A stretch of 64,000 nt of DNA from NCBI GenBank assembly GCA_963816355.1, contig CAWFKH010000001.1, positions 32,001-96,000 of the forward strand, written 5' to 3'. This document shows positions 44,779 to 54,976 of the stretch, one piece after another; positions within the stretch are counted from its first letter, which is position 1; each line of letters starts with the position of its first letter. The notes under the pieces were generated by a model. It was not told where the DNA came from. It did no database searches and worked only from the letters and a program-made list of their open reading frames with translations. Both the position numbers and the translations under genes were made by a program. The stretch is from an uncultured Gemmatimonadales bacterium (GTDB lineage Bacteria; Gemmatimonadota; Gemmatimonadetes; Longimicrobiales; RSA9).

Positions 44779-47502
44779 ATGTCCGACTTCGCCATTCCGT
44801 CGCTCGCGCGCTCGGCCCTCCTCCTGGGGCTGGCCGCGCTCGCCTCGATGCTGCCCGCGCCGGCGGCCGCGCAGCGCGCGGCGCGCGCCGGGAACGACGG
44901 CGGCGGCGCGCCCGGCGTGCGCGTCATGCGCGCCGTCCGCCGCGCCGGCCCGATCGCGGTCGACGGCAGGCTGGACGAGCCGGCGTGGCGGGACGCGGAG
45001 GTCGCGGGCCGGTTCACGCAGAGCTATCCGGACCCCGGCGCGCCGCCGCCGGATCCGACCGAGGTGCGCGTGCTCTACGACGACGACGCGCTCTACGTCG
45101 GCGTGCGCATGTTCGACGCGCACCCGGACTCGATCGCGGCGCAGCTCGCCCGCCGCGACGCGAGCGGGATCTACTCCGACTGGGTGCACCTGATCGTCGA
45201 CTCCTACCACGACCGCCGCACCGCATTCCGCTTCACCGTCAACCCGCGCGGGGTGGAGAAGGACGTCTACACGTCGAACGACGGCAACGAGGACCTCAAC
45301 TGGGACGCCGTGTGGAGCGTGGGCGCCCGCGTCGACTCGCTCGGCTGGGTGGCGGAGTACCGCATCCCGCTCTCGCAGCTCCGCTTCGGGGCGGCGCCCG
45401 CGGACGGCGACCGCACCTGGGGGATCCAGGTCATGCGCGACATCGCGCGGCGCAACGAGCGCGACTCGTGGTCGCCATGGACGCCCAAGAGCCCCGGCTT
45501 CGTCTCGGCGTTCGGAGACCTGAGAGGCCTGCGCGGCGTGCCGGCGCCGAAACGACTGGAGATCCTCCCGTACGTCAGCTCGAAGGTCACCCGTTCCCAT
45601 GGCGACGAGACGAACCCGTTCTTCCATCACACGGACGCGTCCCCCTCGGTGGGCGCGGACGTGCGCCTCGGCCTGCCCGGCGGACTCACCCTCACCGGCA
45701 CCGTGAACCCGGACTTCGGCCAGGTCGAGGTCGACCCCGCCGTCGTCAACCTCTCCGCCTTCGAGACCTTCTTCCCCGAGAAGCGGCCCTTCTTCCTCGA
45801 GGGCGGAGACGTCTTCAACTTCGGTCAGGTGCGGCGGCAGAACGACTACGGCCAGCAGTTCTTCTTCTACTCGCGCCGCATCGGCCGTGCGCCGGAGGTG
45901 GGGCCCACCGCGCCGCCCGGCGATTTCATCCGCTTCGCCGACGCGCCGGAGCAGACGCGGATCGCCGGCGCCGCGAAGGTCACCGGCAAAAGCGGACCGT
46001 GGACGATCGGCGTGCTCGACGCGGTCACGACGGAGGCGGACGCGCGCGTCGCGCTCGCGTCCGGCGGCGTCGCGGAGGCACCAGTCGAGCCGCTCACCAA
46101 CTACCTGGCGGCCCGCGCCAAGCGCGACTTCGACCACGGCGCGTCCTTCGTCGGGGCGATGCTCACCTCGACCACGCGCAGCATGGACGACGCCGTCTTC
46201 CGGCCGCTGCTGCGCTCCGGCGCGACCCTCGCCGGCGTCGACTTCGAGCACGGCATGCGTCGCCGCACGTGGATCCTGAGCGGATTCCTCGCGGAGACGC
46301 GGGTGAGCGGATCGCCGGAAGCGGTCGGCCGCACGCAGCGCAACAGCACGCACTACTTCCAGCGGCCGGACGCGTCCTACCTGACCTACGACCCGTCGCG
46401 CACCTCGCTCGCCGGCTACGCGGGCGAGATCGCGCTGCAGAAGTCCGGCAGCGTCTTCGGCTCCCTCGCCTACAAGGAGCTGGACCCCGGCTTCGAGCTG
46501 AACGACCTCGGCTTCGTGGGACGCGTCGACTACCGCGCGCTGTCGAGCCTCGTCGGGTACCAGAGCTTCAAGGCGGGCAAGCACCTGCGCAGCTACAGCG
46601 CCTTCGCCTACGCGAACGACACCTGGAACTTCGGCGGCCGGCCCATCTACCGCGGCCTCGCGGCCAGCGGCAACGCCACGTTCAACAACCTGTGGAGCGT
46701 CTTCGGCGGCGTCACCCGCTCCCTTTCCGCCTACGACGACCGGCGGCTGCGCGGCGGCCCGATCGCCACCCAGCCCGCCGGCTGGAGCTACAATCTCAGC
46801 GTCAACAGCGACTCACGCTGGCCCGTCGTCGTCTCCGCCTTCGGCTTCCATCACGATGACGACGCCGGCGACCGTGCGGGAAGCTACGGACTGAGCTTCG
46901 ACGCGCGGCCCACCAGCACGCTGCACGTCACCTTCACTCCCTCGCTCGACGTGTCGCGCGGCACCGCGCAGTACGTGGCCGCGTTCGACGACGCGACCGC
47001 CGAGGCGACCTTCGGCCGGCGCTACGTCTTCGCCGACATCCGGCAGACCACGCTCTCACTCGAGACGCGCGTCGACTGGACCCTCAGCACCACGCTCAGC
47101 CTGCAGACGTTCGTCCAGCCGTTCGTCGCCTCCGGCGACTACTCCGGCTTCAAGGAGTTCACCACCCCCGGTCTGCGCGAGTTCGCCGTCTACGGCGGCG
47201 ACCGCGGCAGCATCGCCCACGACCCCGGCTCCGACACCTACACGGTCGATCCGGACGGGCCGGGACCCGCGCAGCCGTTCACCCTGCGCGACCCGGACTT
47301 CAACCTCCGCAGCGTGCGCGGCAACGCCGTCCTGCGCTGGGAGTACCGCCCGGGCTCCGCCCTCTACCTGGTGTGGCAGCAGCAGCGCAGCGCTTTCGTC
47401 GCCCGCGGTGATTTCGACACCGGCCGCGACGTCGGCGCGCTCTTCGACGCGGTGCCCACGAACGTCTTCCTGATCAAGGCGACGTACTGGATCGGCCACT
47501 GA
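44779..47502 (+). CDS. DUF5916 / CBM9-like outer-membrane protein
   Basis: VDGRLDEPAW, WDAVW, EYRIP.SQLRF, NPDFGQVEVD, FETFFPEKRPFF, LRWEY.PGS. Confidence 0.85.
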   Translation: MSDFAIPSLARSALLLGLAALASMLPAPAAAQRAARAGNDGGGAPGVRVMRAVRRAGPIAVDGRLDEPAWRDAEVAGRFTQSYPDPGAPPPDPTEVRVLYDDDALYVGVRMFDAHPDSIAAQLARRDASGIYSDWVHLIVDSYHDRRTAFRFTVNPRGVEKDVYTSNDGNEDLNWDAVWSVGARVDSLGWVAEYRIPLSQLRFGAAPADGDRTWGIQVMRDIARRNERDSWSPWTPKSPGFVSAFGDLRGLRGVPAPKRLEILPYVSSKVTRSHGDETNPFFHHTDASPSVGADVRLGLPGGLTLTGTVNPDFGQVEVDPAVVNLSAFETFFPEKRPFFLEGGDVFNFGQVRRQNDYGQQFFFYSRRIGRAPEVGPTAPPGDFIRFADAPEQTRIAGAAKVTGKSGPWTIGVLDAVTTEADARVALASGGVAEAPVEPLTNYLAARAKRDFDHGASFVGAMLTSTTRSMDDAVFRPLLRSGATLAGVDFEHGMRRRTWILSGFLAETRVSGSPEAVGRTQRNSTHYFQRPDASYLTYDPSRTSLAGYAGEIALQKSGSVFGSLAYKELDPGFELNDLGFVGRVDYRALSSLVGYQSFKAGKHLRSYSAFAYANDTWNFGGRPIYRGLAASGNATFNNLWSVFGGVTRSLSAYDDRRLRGGPIATQPAGWSYNLSVNSDSRWPVVVSAFGFHHDDDAGDRAGSYGLSFDARPTSTLHVTFTPSLDVSRGTAQYVAAFDDATAEATFGRRYVFADIRQTTLSLETRVDWTLSTTLSLQTFVQPFVASGDYSGFKEFTTPGLREFAVYGGDRGSIAHDPGSDTYTVDPDGPGPAQPFTLRDPDFNLRSVRGNAVLRWEYRPGSALYLVWQQQRSAFVARGDFDTGRDVGALFDAVPTNVFLIKATYWIGH

Positions 47503-47512
47503 GGCGCGGCCG

Positions 47513-50185
47513 CTACCGCGTCTCGATCCCCTTCGCGACCGTCACCTCCAGCGTGCGCTCCATCTTCACGCCGCCGTACGTGAGCGTGACGGTGTACTTC
47601 CCCCCCGCCACGAACAGCCGCCCCTCGCCGCCATACGCCGTCAGCACGTCCGACGTCGGCTTGAGGTCCCACCACACGCGGCCCAGCCCCGGCACGCCGG
47701 GCGCCGAGAGGTTTGCGACAGGGACGCCGTCGGCGTCCGTGATCGCCAGCGCGACGTCCGCCCCCGTGTACGCCTTCACCCAGAAGTCGAGCGGCACGCC
47801 CTCCGGCGGGTTCTCGCCGCGATAGACGGCGCCGCCGTTCCAGTCGGCGAAGCCGGCCTGGCGGTTGGTGCCGAACGCGGCCGGCGGCTGGAAGAGGTAC
47901 GCCGCCGAGTCGCGCACGGCGGCGGTCAGCTCCTCGAGCGGCCGCACGTCGTCGACGATGTAGAGGGAGCGGCCGTGCGTCGCGATCACGAGGTCCCGCT
48001 CCTCCGGCTGCAGCTCGATGTCGTCCACGGCGACCGTGGGCAGCCCGCCGAAGCGGACCCAGTGGGAGCCGCCATCGCCGCTCGCGAAGAGGCCGAACAT
48101 GGTGCCGACGTAGAGGAGATCGGGATTGAAGCGGTCCTCGGCGACGACCTCGATCGGGCCGTCCGCCGGCAGGTCGCCCGCCACCGAGCGCCAGCTCCTG
48201 CCGCCGTCCGCCGTGCGCCAGAGCAGCGGCCGGTCGTCGCCGCTGCGGTACGCGGAGACGGCCACGTAGGCGACGTCGGGCGACGTCACGCTCGGCGCGA
48301 TGCGCTGGATCCAGCGCCCCTTCGCGTCCGCGGGCAGCGACGCCGTGAGGTCGGTCCAGTGCGCGCCGTCGTCGCGCGTGATCCACAGCTTGCCGTCGTC
48401 CGTGCCCGCCCACAGCTCGCCCGCCTGCACCGGCGACTCCGCCAGCGCGTAGACGACGCCGTACGTCTCGGCGCCGCTCCCCGTCGCCGTGATGCGGTCG
48501 ACGTTCTGCGTGGAGAGGTCGGGGCTGATGGGACGCGAGCGCTCGCCGTCGTCCGTCAGCTTGAAGACGCGGTTGCCGGCCAGGTACATCGCGTCCGGGT
48601 CGTGCACGCTGCCGATCAGCGGCGCGTTCCAGTGGAAGCGGTAGGCGGGTTGGCCCTCCGCCGGGCTCGGCTGCAGGAACTTCTCCTCGCCGGTGGCGAG
48701 GTCGTAGCGGTAGACGGTGCCGCCCTGGCTCTCGGTGAAGACGTGATCCGGGTTCCGGCCGAAGACGCAGTAGAAGCCGTCGCCGCCGTCGATCGGCTTC
48801 CAGTCCGAGTTGCGGATCCCCTCCTGCGAGTCGGTCTGGCTCGGGCCCACCCAGTTGATGTTGTCCTGCAGGCCGCCGCAGATGCGGTAGTGCGGCTTCA
48901 TCGAATCGAGCGAGATCCGGTAGAACTCGCCGCCCGCGAAGCGGTTCAGGTGCGCCCACAGCGCGCCGCCGTCCCAGCTCTGGTAGATGCCGCCGTCGGT
49001 GCCCAGCAGCAGGTGCCGCGGGTCGTGCGCGTCGATCGCCAGCGCGTGGTTGTCCGGGTGCACCTTGGAGAAGCGGTCCTCGCGCCACGTGCGGCCGCCG
49101 TTCTCCGACACGTGCACCATCGACGTCAGCTCGTAGACGCGGTCCGGGTCCGACGGATCGACGCGGATCTGGCTGAAGTAGAACGCGCGTGCGTCCAGCG
49201 CGCTCCGCCGTGTCCACGTCGCGCCGCCGTCGTCGGAACGGAAGACGCCGCCCTCCTTGCTCCGCACCTCGTCGATCGAGATCGGGCCGCCCGCGTCCGT
49301 CTCCACGATCGCGTACACGATGCGCGGGTCCTTCGGATAGACCGCGAGTCCGATGCGGCGCGTGCCGGAAGGCAGCCCGCCGCCCAGCTTCGTCCAGTGC
49401 GCGCCGCCGTCCGTCGACTTGAAGATCCCGCCGAGGTCCTTCCCCTCGGTGGCGGCCGGCCCGGCGGTGAAGGACCACGGCGTGCGCCGGCGCGCGTACA
49501 GCGCCGCGTACACGGTCGAAGGGTCCTGAGGATCGATGGCGACGTCGCCCGCGCCGACGCGGTCGTCGTACGGCGCCGGCGCGGCGAGCACCTTCGTCCA
49601 CGTCGCGCCGCCATCCGTCGTGCGGTACAGGCCGCGCTCGCGGCTCGCCTGCCACAGGTCACCGACCGCCGCCACGTAGGCCGTCTTCGGGTCCGTGGGG
49701 GAGACGACGATGCGCGCGATGCTCTTCGTCCCCTCCAGCCCCACGTGCGTCCACGTCGCGCCCGCGTCCGCCGAACGGTAGACGCCGTTCCCCCACTGCG
49801 AGCTGTTGCGGTCGTTCGCCTCGCCCGTCCCCACCCACACCACACTCGAGTCCGACGGCGCCACCGCCACCGCCCCGATCGACGCCACCGGCTGGCCGGT
49901 GAAGATCGCCGAGAACGTCGCGCCGCCGTCCGTCGTCTTCATCACGCCGCCCGTCCCCAGCCCCACGTAGAACGTCTGCGGATCCGTCGGGTCCAGCGCG
50001 ATGTCCGACACCCGACCGCCCATCACCGCCGGCCCGATCGCCCGCGCCTTCAGCGCGGAGATCGCGAGGGAGTCGAGCGCGGCGGGCTTCGCGGCCGCCT
50101 GCGCGTGGAGGGCGCCGGCGCCCGGCGCCAGCAGGGCGGCCGCGGCGAACAGCAGCGCGGCGGCCGTATTCGACCGTTTGTGCAT
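47513..50185 (-). CDS. second secreted VPS10/BNR-repeat beta-propeller protein
   Basis: IGPAVMGGR, repeated TDGGATW, GGLQDN, GGDGF, THGR. Confidence 0.85.
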   Translation of the reverse strand: MHKRSNTAAALLFAAAALLAPGAGALHAQAAAKPAALDSLAISALKARAIGPAVMGGRVSDIALDPTDPQTFYVGLGTGGVMKTTDGGATFSAIFTGQPVASIGAVAVAPSDSSVVWVGTGEANDRNSSQWGNGVYRSADAGATWTHVGLEGTKSIARIVVSPTDPKTAYVAAVGDLWQASRERGLYRTTDGGATWTKVLAAPAPYDDRVGAGDVAIDPQDPSTVYAALYARRRTPWSFTAGPAATEGKDLGGIFKSTDGGAHWTKLGGGLPSGTRRIGLAVYPKDPRIVYAIVETDAGGPISIDEVRSKEGGVFRSDDGGATWTRRSALDARAFYFSQIRVDPSDPDRVYELTSMVHVSENGGRTWREDRFSKVHPDNHALAIDAHDPRHLLLGTDGGIYQSWDGGALWAHLNRFAGGEFYRISLDSMKPHYRICGGLQDNINWVGPSQTDSQEGIRNSDWKPIDGGDGFYCVFGRNPDHVFTESQGGTVYRYDLATGEEKFLQPSPAEGQPAYRFHWNAPLIGSVHDPDAMYLAGNRVFKLTDDGERSRPISPDLSTQNVDRITATGSGAETYGVVYALAESPVQAGELWAGTDDGKLWITRDDGAHWTDLTASLPADAKGRWIQRIAPSVTSPDVAYVAVSAYRSGDDRPLLWRTADGGRSWRSVAGDLPADGPIEVVAEDRFNPDLLYVGTMFGLFASGDGGSHWVRFGGLPTVAVDDIELQPEERDLVIATHGRSLYIVDDVRPLEELTAAVRDSAAYLFQPPAAFGTNRQAGFADWNGGAVYRGENPPEGVPLDFWVKAYTGADVALAITDADGVPVANLSAPGVPGLGRVWWDLKPTSDVLTAYGGEGRLFVAGGKYTVTLTYGGVKMERTLEVTVAKGIETR

Positions 50186-50335
50186 GGAGGCCTTCGGGCT
50201 GTAGGACGACGAACGGGAACGGGGGAGCGTAGGCCGGCGGCGCGGCGGCGGCAAGCGGGCGGCCGGCGAGCGGGCGTCGTCGCGCCGGCGCTGCGCAGCG
50301 GCGGTGGAGGCGTCGCCGGGGCGCGGTCGTGTTCC

Positions 50336-50365
50336 TTGACCGGCGTCGCGCGGCGGACCTAGACT
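50336..50365 (+). promoter_or_regulatory. sigma-70-type promoter
   Basis: TTGACC-N18-TAGACT upstream of the SnoaL-like gene. Confidence 0.45.
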
Positions 50366-50431
50366 CGGTCCACTCCACACCGCAGGACTGCCCGAACGGT
50401 TTCGATCGCCCACCCGAGCCGGAGGAGCCTC

Positions 50432-50818
50432 ATGTCGGTCGAGCGCACGCGAGAAGTGCTGGAGTCGTACTGGCGCGAGCACGACCCCCGCCACGTCGCC
50501 GAGGATGCCGTGTTCGTCATGCAGCCCACCGGCGAGGAGATCCGCGGCCGCGACGCGATCGCCGAGCACCTCGACGCGTTCTACCACGTCACGCTCGACG
50601 CGCACGCCGAAGTGGTCAACGCCATCTTCGCCGACGGCAAGGGCGTGCTCGAGGCGGTCGTCGTCGGCAGGCACACGGGGGAGTTCGCCGGGATCCCCGC
50701 CACGGGCCGTGACGTGCGGGTCCCGCTCTGCGTCTGCTACGACATGGAGGGAGAGCGCATCCAGCGCGCGCGCATCTACCTCATGGCGAACGTGCTGATC
50801 CAGCAGATCTCGGGGTGA
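50432..50818 (+). CDS. SnoaL/NTF2-like ester cyclase family protein
   Basis: GRHTGEFAGIPATGR motif; SD GGAGGAG. Confidence 0.85.
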   Translation: MSVERTREVLESYWREHDPRHVAEDAVFVMQPTGEEIRGRDAIAEHLDAFYHVTLDAHAEVVNAIFADGKGVLEAVVVGRHTGEFAGIPATGRDVRVPLCVCYDMEGERIQRARIYLMANVLIQQISG

Positions 50819-53714
50819 GCCGCGGCCAGACGTTGTCGTCCGGATCGGCGTCGGGAAAGCGGCCGTGCGGATCGAGCGTGACCTTCTCGACCGCGCGGCC
50901 GCCGAAGTCGAGCACCGCGTCGTAGGTGCGGCGGCCGCCGAACCAGACGTCCACCGGCCAGCGGACCTCCGCCGTCGTCGCATCGATCATGGTGCTGTTC
51001 GGCATCGGCCGGATGGCGGGGCCGGTGGGCGCGAGCTCGACGCGCAGCACGATCGGCGCGGGCATCTGTCCGTCCTGGCGCACGGTGACGGTGGTGCGGC
51101 CGCCGGCGCTCGCCACGCGCTGGATGGAGCCGTCCACGGCGTCCGTCGTGAAGAGCCAGGAGTACCAGAACCAGCCGAGGTCGCGGTGCAGCGCGCGGCT
51201 CATGAAGAAGGCGTAGTCCCACGGCGAGGGGTGCTTGAACCGCCACGCGCGCGCGTAGTCGCTCATGGCGCGCAGGACGGCGGTGTCGCCCACGATGCCC
51301 CCGAGCATGGACAGCATCATCGGCGCCTTGCCGTACGCCTTGAACGCGTAGAGCGGGCCGGCGTAGTTGCCGTCCCACATGAGCGGCGCCTCGCGCTCGT
51401 CGCCGCTGGTGCGGCCGTAGGCCTGGCCGCGGCCGTCGAGCGAGGGGATGTCGCCGCCGGCGTCGAGCGGCGGCGCCTCGCCGCGGCGGTCGACGGCGGA
51501 GAGGATGTTCATGTACTGGTTGAACCCCTCGTCCATGAAGCCGTACCACGTCTCGTTGGTGCCCACCATCATCGGCCACCACTGGTGGCCGGTCTCGTGG
51601 TCGGCGGCGCCGGTGCTCGACATGATGAACATCGGGTACTCCATGCCGCCCTCGGGTCCGTCCACGACGGTCATCTTCGGGAACGCGTACGGCATCCACA
51701 GCTTCGAGTAGAAGCCGAGTGCGTGCCGCACCACCGCGCCCGCGCTCGCGTAGCGCTGCGCGTGCCCCGGCAGGTAGAGGATGTCGACCGGGACGAAGCC
51801 GCGGCCCGGGATCGGCGCGCGCGTCGCGTCCCAGACGAAGCGGTCCGAGGCGGCCCAGGCGACGTCGGCCACGCTGTCCGCGACGAAGTGCCACACGAGC
51901 CGGCCGCCCGCCGCCGTCGCGCGCTCCGCGCCGCGCCCTTCAGGGGCGACGATGCTGCGCTGTTCGTCGGACTCGAGCGCGTGCGACAGCCGCTCGCGAA
52001 CGCCGGGCGAGAGCACCTCCTCCGGATTCTGCAGCACGCCCGTCGCCCCCACCAGCCAGCCCGCGGGGACGTCGATCTTCACGTCGAAGCGGCCGAAGTC
52101 GTTGTAGAACTCGGCGGTCCCGAGGTACGGGTCCGTGTCCCAGCCACGCAGGTCGTCGTAGACCGCGACGCGCGGGTACCACTGCGCCACCTGGAAGAGC
52201 GTGTCCGCCCAGGCGCCCATGCGCAGACCGCGCTCGTTGAACGCGCGCGGCACCTGGAAGCTCCACTCCGCCTGCATGCGGCCGGTGCCGTGCGCCGCGA
52301 TCGGCGTCGGCAGCGGGATGCGGGCCGACGTCTCGGTGATCGCGCTGGCGATCGGCGTGCCGAAGCGGCGGCCGCCGCGCCCGACGTACGGCGGCACGGT
52401 GTCCGTCAGATCCACCGCCTGACCGTTCAGCACCAGCCGCTTCAGCTCCAGGCCGCCGGTGATCTCCGTCACTTTCTCCGCGCGCGCCACGTTCGCGCGG
52501 AAGACGTTCTGGTCCAGCCGCAGCACGATCTGCGACAGCGTCGAATCGCTCTCGTTGTGGATCACCACGTCCTCGCGCCCCGTCAGCGTGCGCGTGGCCG
52601 GTTCCAGGCGCGCCTCGATCGCGTACTCGGTGCGCAGCTGCCAGTACCGCGGGCCGGGTCGCCCCGTGGAGTCGCGCGTGCCGGCGGCGAACGCGCGCCG
52701 GATCATGTCCGTCATCGGGATCTCCCGGCGGATCGCGCGCGCCGGCGCCGCGAACGCCTCGCCCTGCGACGACGCCCCACCGGCCGCGCCGGCGCCGCCC
52801 AGCACGCGGTTCAGCAGGTCCGCCAGACGGTAGCCCGCGAGCGCCGCCCGCCGCTCCGCCGTCGCGAACGCCGCCTCCCGGTACGCCGCCCCCGGCTCCC
52901 GCCCCGGCGGCGTGTCGTAGATCGTCTTCGCGATGCCGTAGCTCTCGTTGGCCCACGCGGCGAAGTCGCCCGGCTCCAGCTCGCCGGCGACGTCGGCCGG
53001 GGTCACGCGCGCCGTGATGCCGCGGGCGGCTCGCTCCAGCCGGTGCGCCTGCAGCTCCCCCGGCTGCGTCGGGTACGCGCGCGAGATGCCCGAATCCCAG
53101 TAGCCGTGGAGGTTGTGGCGGTCGGCGAGGCGGAACAGGTTGCCGCCGCGGTCGCCTTCGGGGAGGGCGGGCGTCACGCGCGAGACGGCGTGGAGCGGCT
53201 GGTGGATGTCGCCGACCAGGTGGAGGATCCAGGCGAGGTCGACGGCGCGCCGCGAAGCGGAGACGCTTTCGTCGCCCAGCTCGGCGCTGAGCCGCTCCAG
53301 CTCGCTCACCGCGTTCACGGGATCCGGCGCCGGTTCGGCCAGGTCCACCGGGCCGCGCGGCGTCGCGCGGAAGTAGTGGTCGATGTAGTGCCAGCCGCCG
53401 TGCGCGTACTTCTCGAAACGTCGCCTCTTCGTGGTGTCGCGCACCACGTCGGGCCACGTCGCGGCGGCCGCGAAGTAGAGCCAGTCGCCGTCGGCGGAAG
53501 CGCCTTGCCGCGCGCGCAGATCGAGGAGTCCCGAGTCGTCGGGCGCCTGGCTCAGGAGCGCGAGCGCGGCGCGACGCGCCCGCGGCGTCATCCGCTCCCA
53601 CGCGATGCGGGCGATCACCTCGTGCCCGGTGGCATCCCACGCCCCCGCCGGCGTGGCGATCAGCAGGCCGAGCAGCAGCGCGGCGGTCCAGCGCTTCGAT
53701 GTGCGAACGGGCAT
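50781..53714 (-). CDS. S1/P1 nuclease - M1 aminopeptidase-like fusion protein, secreted
   Basis: N-terminal WDATGH, TWPD, WHYID, HLVGDIHQPLH, DRGGN, LHGYWD; C-terminal GGMEYP, HETGHQWW, MDEG. Confidence 0.85.
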   Translation of the reverse strand: MPVRTSKRWTAALLLGLLIATPAGAWDATGHEVIARIAWERMTPRARRAALALLSQAPDDSGLLDLRARQGASADGDWLYFAAAATWPDVVRDTTKRRRFEKYAHGGWHYIDHYFRATPRGPVDLAEPAPDPVNAVSELERLSAELGDESVSASRRAVDLAWILHLVGDIHQPLHAVSRVTPALPEGDRGGNLFRLADRHNLHGYWDSGISRAYPTQPGELQAHRLERAARGITARVTPADVAGELEPGDFAAWANESYGIAKTIYDTPPGREPGAAYREAAFATAERRAALAGYRLADLLNRVLGGAGAAGGASSQGEAFAAPARAIRREIPMTDMIRRAFAAGTRDSTGRPGPRYWQLRTEYAIEARLEPATRTLTGREDVVIHNESDSTLSQIVLRLDQNVFRANVARAEKVTEITGGLELKRLVLNGQAVDLTDTVPPYVGRGGRRFGTPIASAITETSARIPLPTPIAAHGTGRMQAEWSFQVPRAFNERGLRMGAWADTLFQVAQWYPRVAVYDDLRGWDTDPYLGTAEFYNDFGRFDVKIDVPAGWLVGATGVLQNPEEVLSPGVRERLSHALESDEQRSIVAPEGRGAERATAAGGRLVWHFVADSVADVAWAASDRFVWDATRAPIPGRGFVPVDILYLPGHAQRYASAGAVVRHALGFYSKLWMPYAFPKMTVVDGPEGGMEYPMFIMSSTGAADHETGHQWWPMMVGTNETWYGFMDEGFNQYMNILSAVDRRGEAPPLDAGGDIPSLDGRGQAYGRTSGDEREAPLMWDGNYAGPLYAFKAYGKAPMMLSMLGGIVGDTAVLRAMSDYARAWRFKHPSPWDYAFFMSRALHRDLGWFWYSWLFTTDAVDGSIQRVASAGGRTTVTVRQDGQMPAPIVLRVELAPTGPAIRPMPNSTMIDATTAEVRWPVDVWFGGRRTYDAVLDFGGRAVEKVTLDPHGRFPDADPDDNVWPRLTPRSAGSARSP

Positions 53715-53876
53715 GCGTGGTCCTCGCGACGGTGGGCGGACGGAGCTCGATCCGGATTCGATCCGGCGCCCCGCTGCGGCGCCCGCGACCCGGCGCCCGA
53801 ACTCTGCGTGCTGCGCGCCGATCCGTCAACGCCGGCCACGGCGCGCGGCGCCCGCGTCAGCCGCCGGGCGCCCGCG

Positions 53877-54881
53877 TCAGTCATTCGGCGCCCGCGAACG
53901 TCGACATTCGATCGACTCCAGCGTGCGCGCCTCGTCGGTCTGGATCACGAAGTCCGCCCACTGCCCCGCCGGCGCGGGCTCGAACGTCTCCACGTCCTTC
54001 ACGGGTCGCAGCGCCACGACCAGGGATTTCGCGTTCGGGGCGTACGCCCGGAGCTGTTCCGGGATCCCGGTGCCGCGCTCCACGTGGAACGCGCCCGTCA
54101 CGTGCAGCACCAGGGCGTCCGGGTGCGCGTCCAGGTGGCGCGCGATCGAATGCGCCATCGTCGCATCCCACAGGACCTGGCTGTCGAGCTGACGGCCCAT
54201 GTTCCCGTGGCTGCCCACGGGCGCCGACGCGTGCGCCACCGGCACGCCGCACTTCATCCCCTCCTGCTCCATCACCTCCGAGATCGTCGCGATCCACTGA
54301 TCCCGGTACGCCTGCGACGCCTGGCCGTACGGCAGCGGCGGCAGGTAGGCGAGCGCCGCCGGGCTCAGCTCCGTCAACGCCTCGCGGCCCCGCCGCGCGA
54401 CCAGCGTCACGTAGCGCCGCGGCGCGTTCGCCGCGATCACCGGCATGCCGCGCTCCTTCGCGAGCTCGACCAGCGGCCGGTAGTCGCTCTCGTAGCGCTC
54501 CCACGGCCGCGCATCGGCGAGGAACGAGGCCTCCGGGATGAGACCCGCCAGGTACTCGTCCAGCGGCAGTTGCACGTCCCGCTCGAAGAACTCCAGCGAC
54601 AGCGCCACAGGTCGCGCGCCGGCGACCGCCCTCCGCAGCAGCTCCAGCTCGAGCATGTGCGCCGTCGGGTCGTCGTGCGTCTCCCCGACGAAGACCACCT
54701 GCACGCGCTCCATGGCGCGCGCGATGTCGTCCAGCGACGCCGCCCCGCCCGCTCCCGTGTGCACCCGGTATTCGCCCGGCGCGTACGCGGTGTCGAGCGC
54801 GGCGGGCGCCTTCTGCGCCGAAGCCGGAAGTGCGCACAGGAGCGGGAGCGTCCCCGCTGCGAGCATCGTCGTGGTCCTCAT
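53877..54881 (-). CDS. ChaN/PhuW-like (EreA/TIKI fold) exported protein
   Basis: VFVGETHDD, LSLEFFE, Y.SDYRPLV, AANAPR, WDATMA, GAFH. Confidence 0.8.
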   Translation of the reverse strand: MRTTTMLAAGTLPLLCALPASAQKAPAALDTAYAPGEYRVHTGAGGAASLDDIARAMERVQVVFVGETHDDPTAHMLELELLRRAVAGARPVALSLEFFERDVQLPLDEYLAGLIPEASFLADARPWERYESDYRPLVELAKERGMPVIAANAPRRYVTLVARRGREALTELSPAALAYLPPLPYGQASQAYRDQWIATISEVMEQEGMKCGVPVAHASAPVGSHGNMGRQLDSQVLWDATMAHSIARHLDAHPDALVLHVTGAFHVERGTGIPEQLRAYAPNAKSLVVALRPVKDVETFEPAPAGQWADFVIQTDEARTLESIECRRSRAPND

Positions 54882-54976
54882 CTCTCTCTCCCCCTCGTTT
54901 GCACCCGGCGGCGGACCCGCGTACGCTACTGCCGACGACGGCCGCGCACCATTCCTCCAGCTCCGCACGAGGGCAC

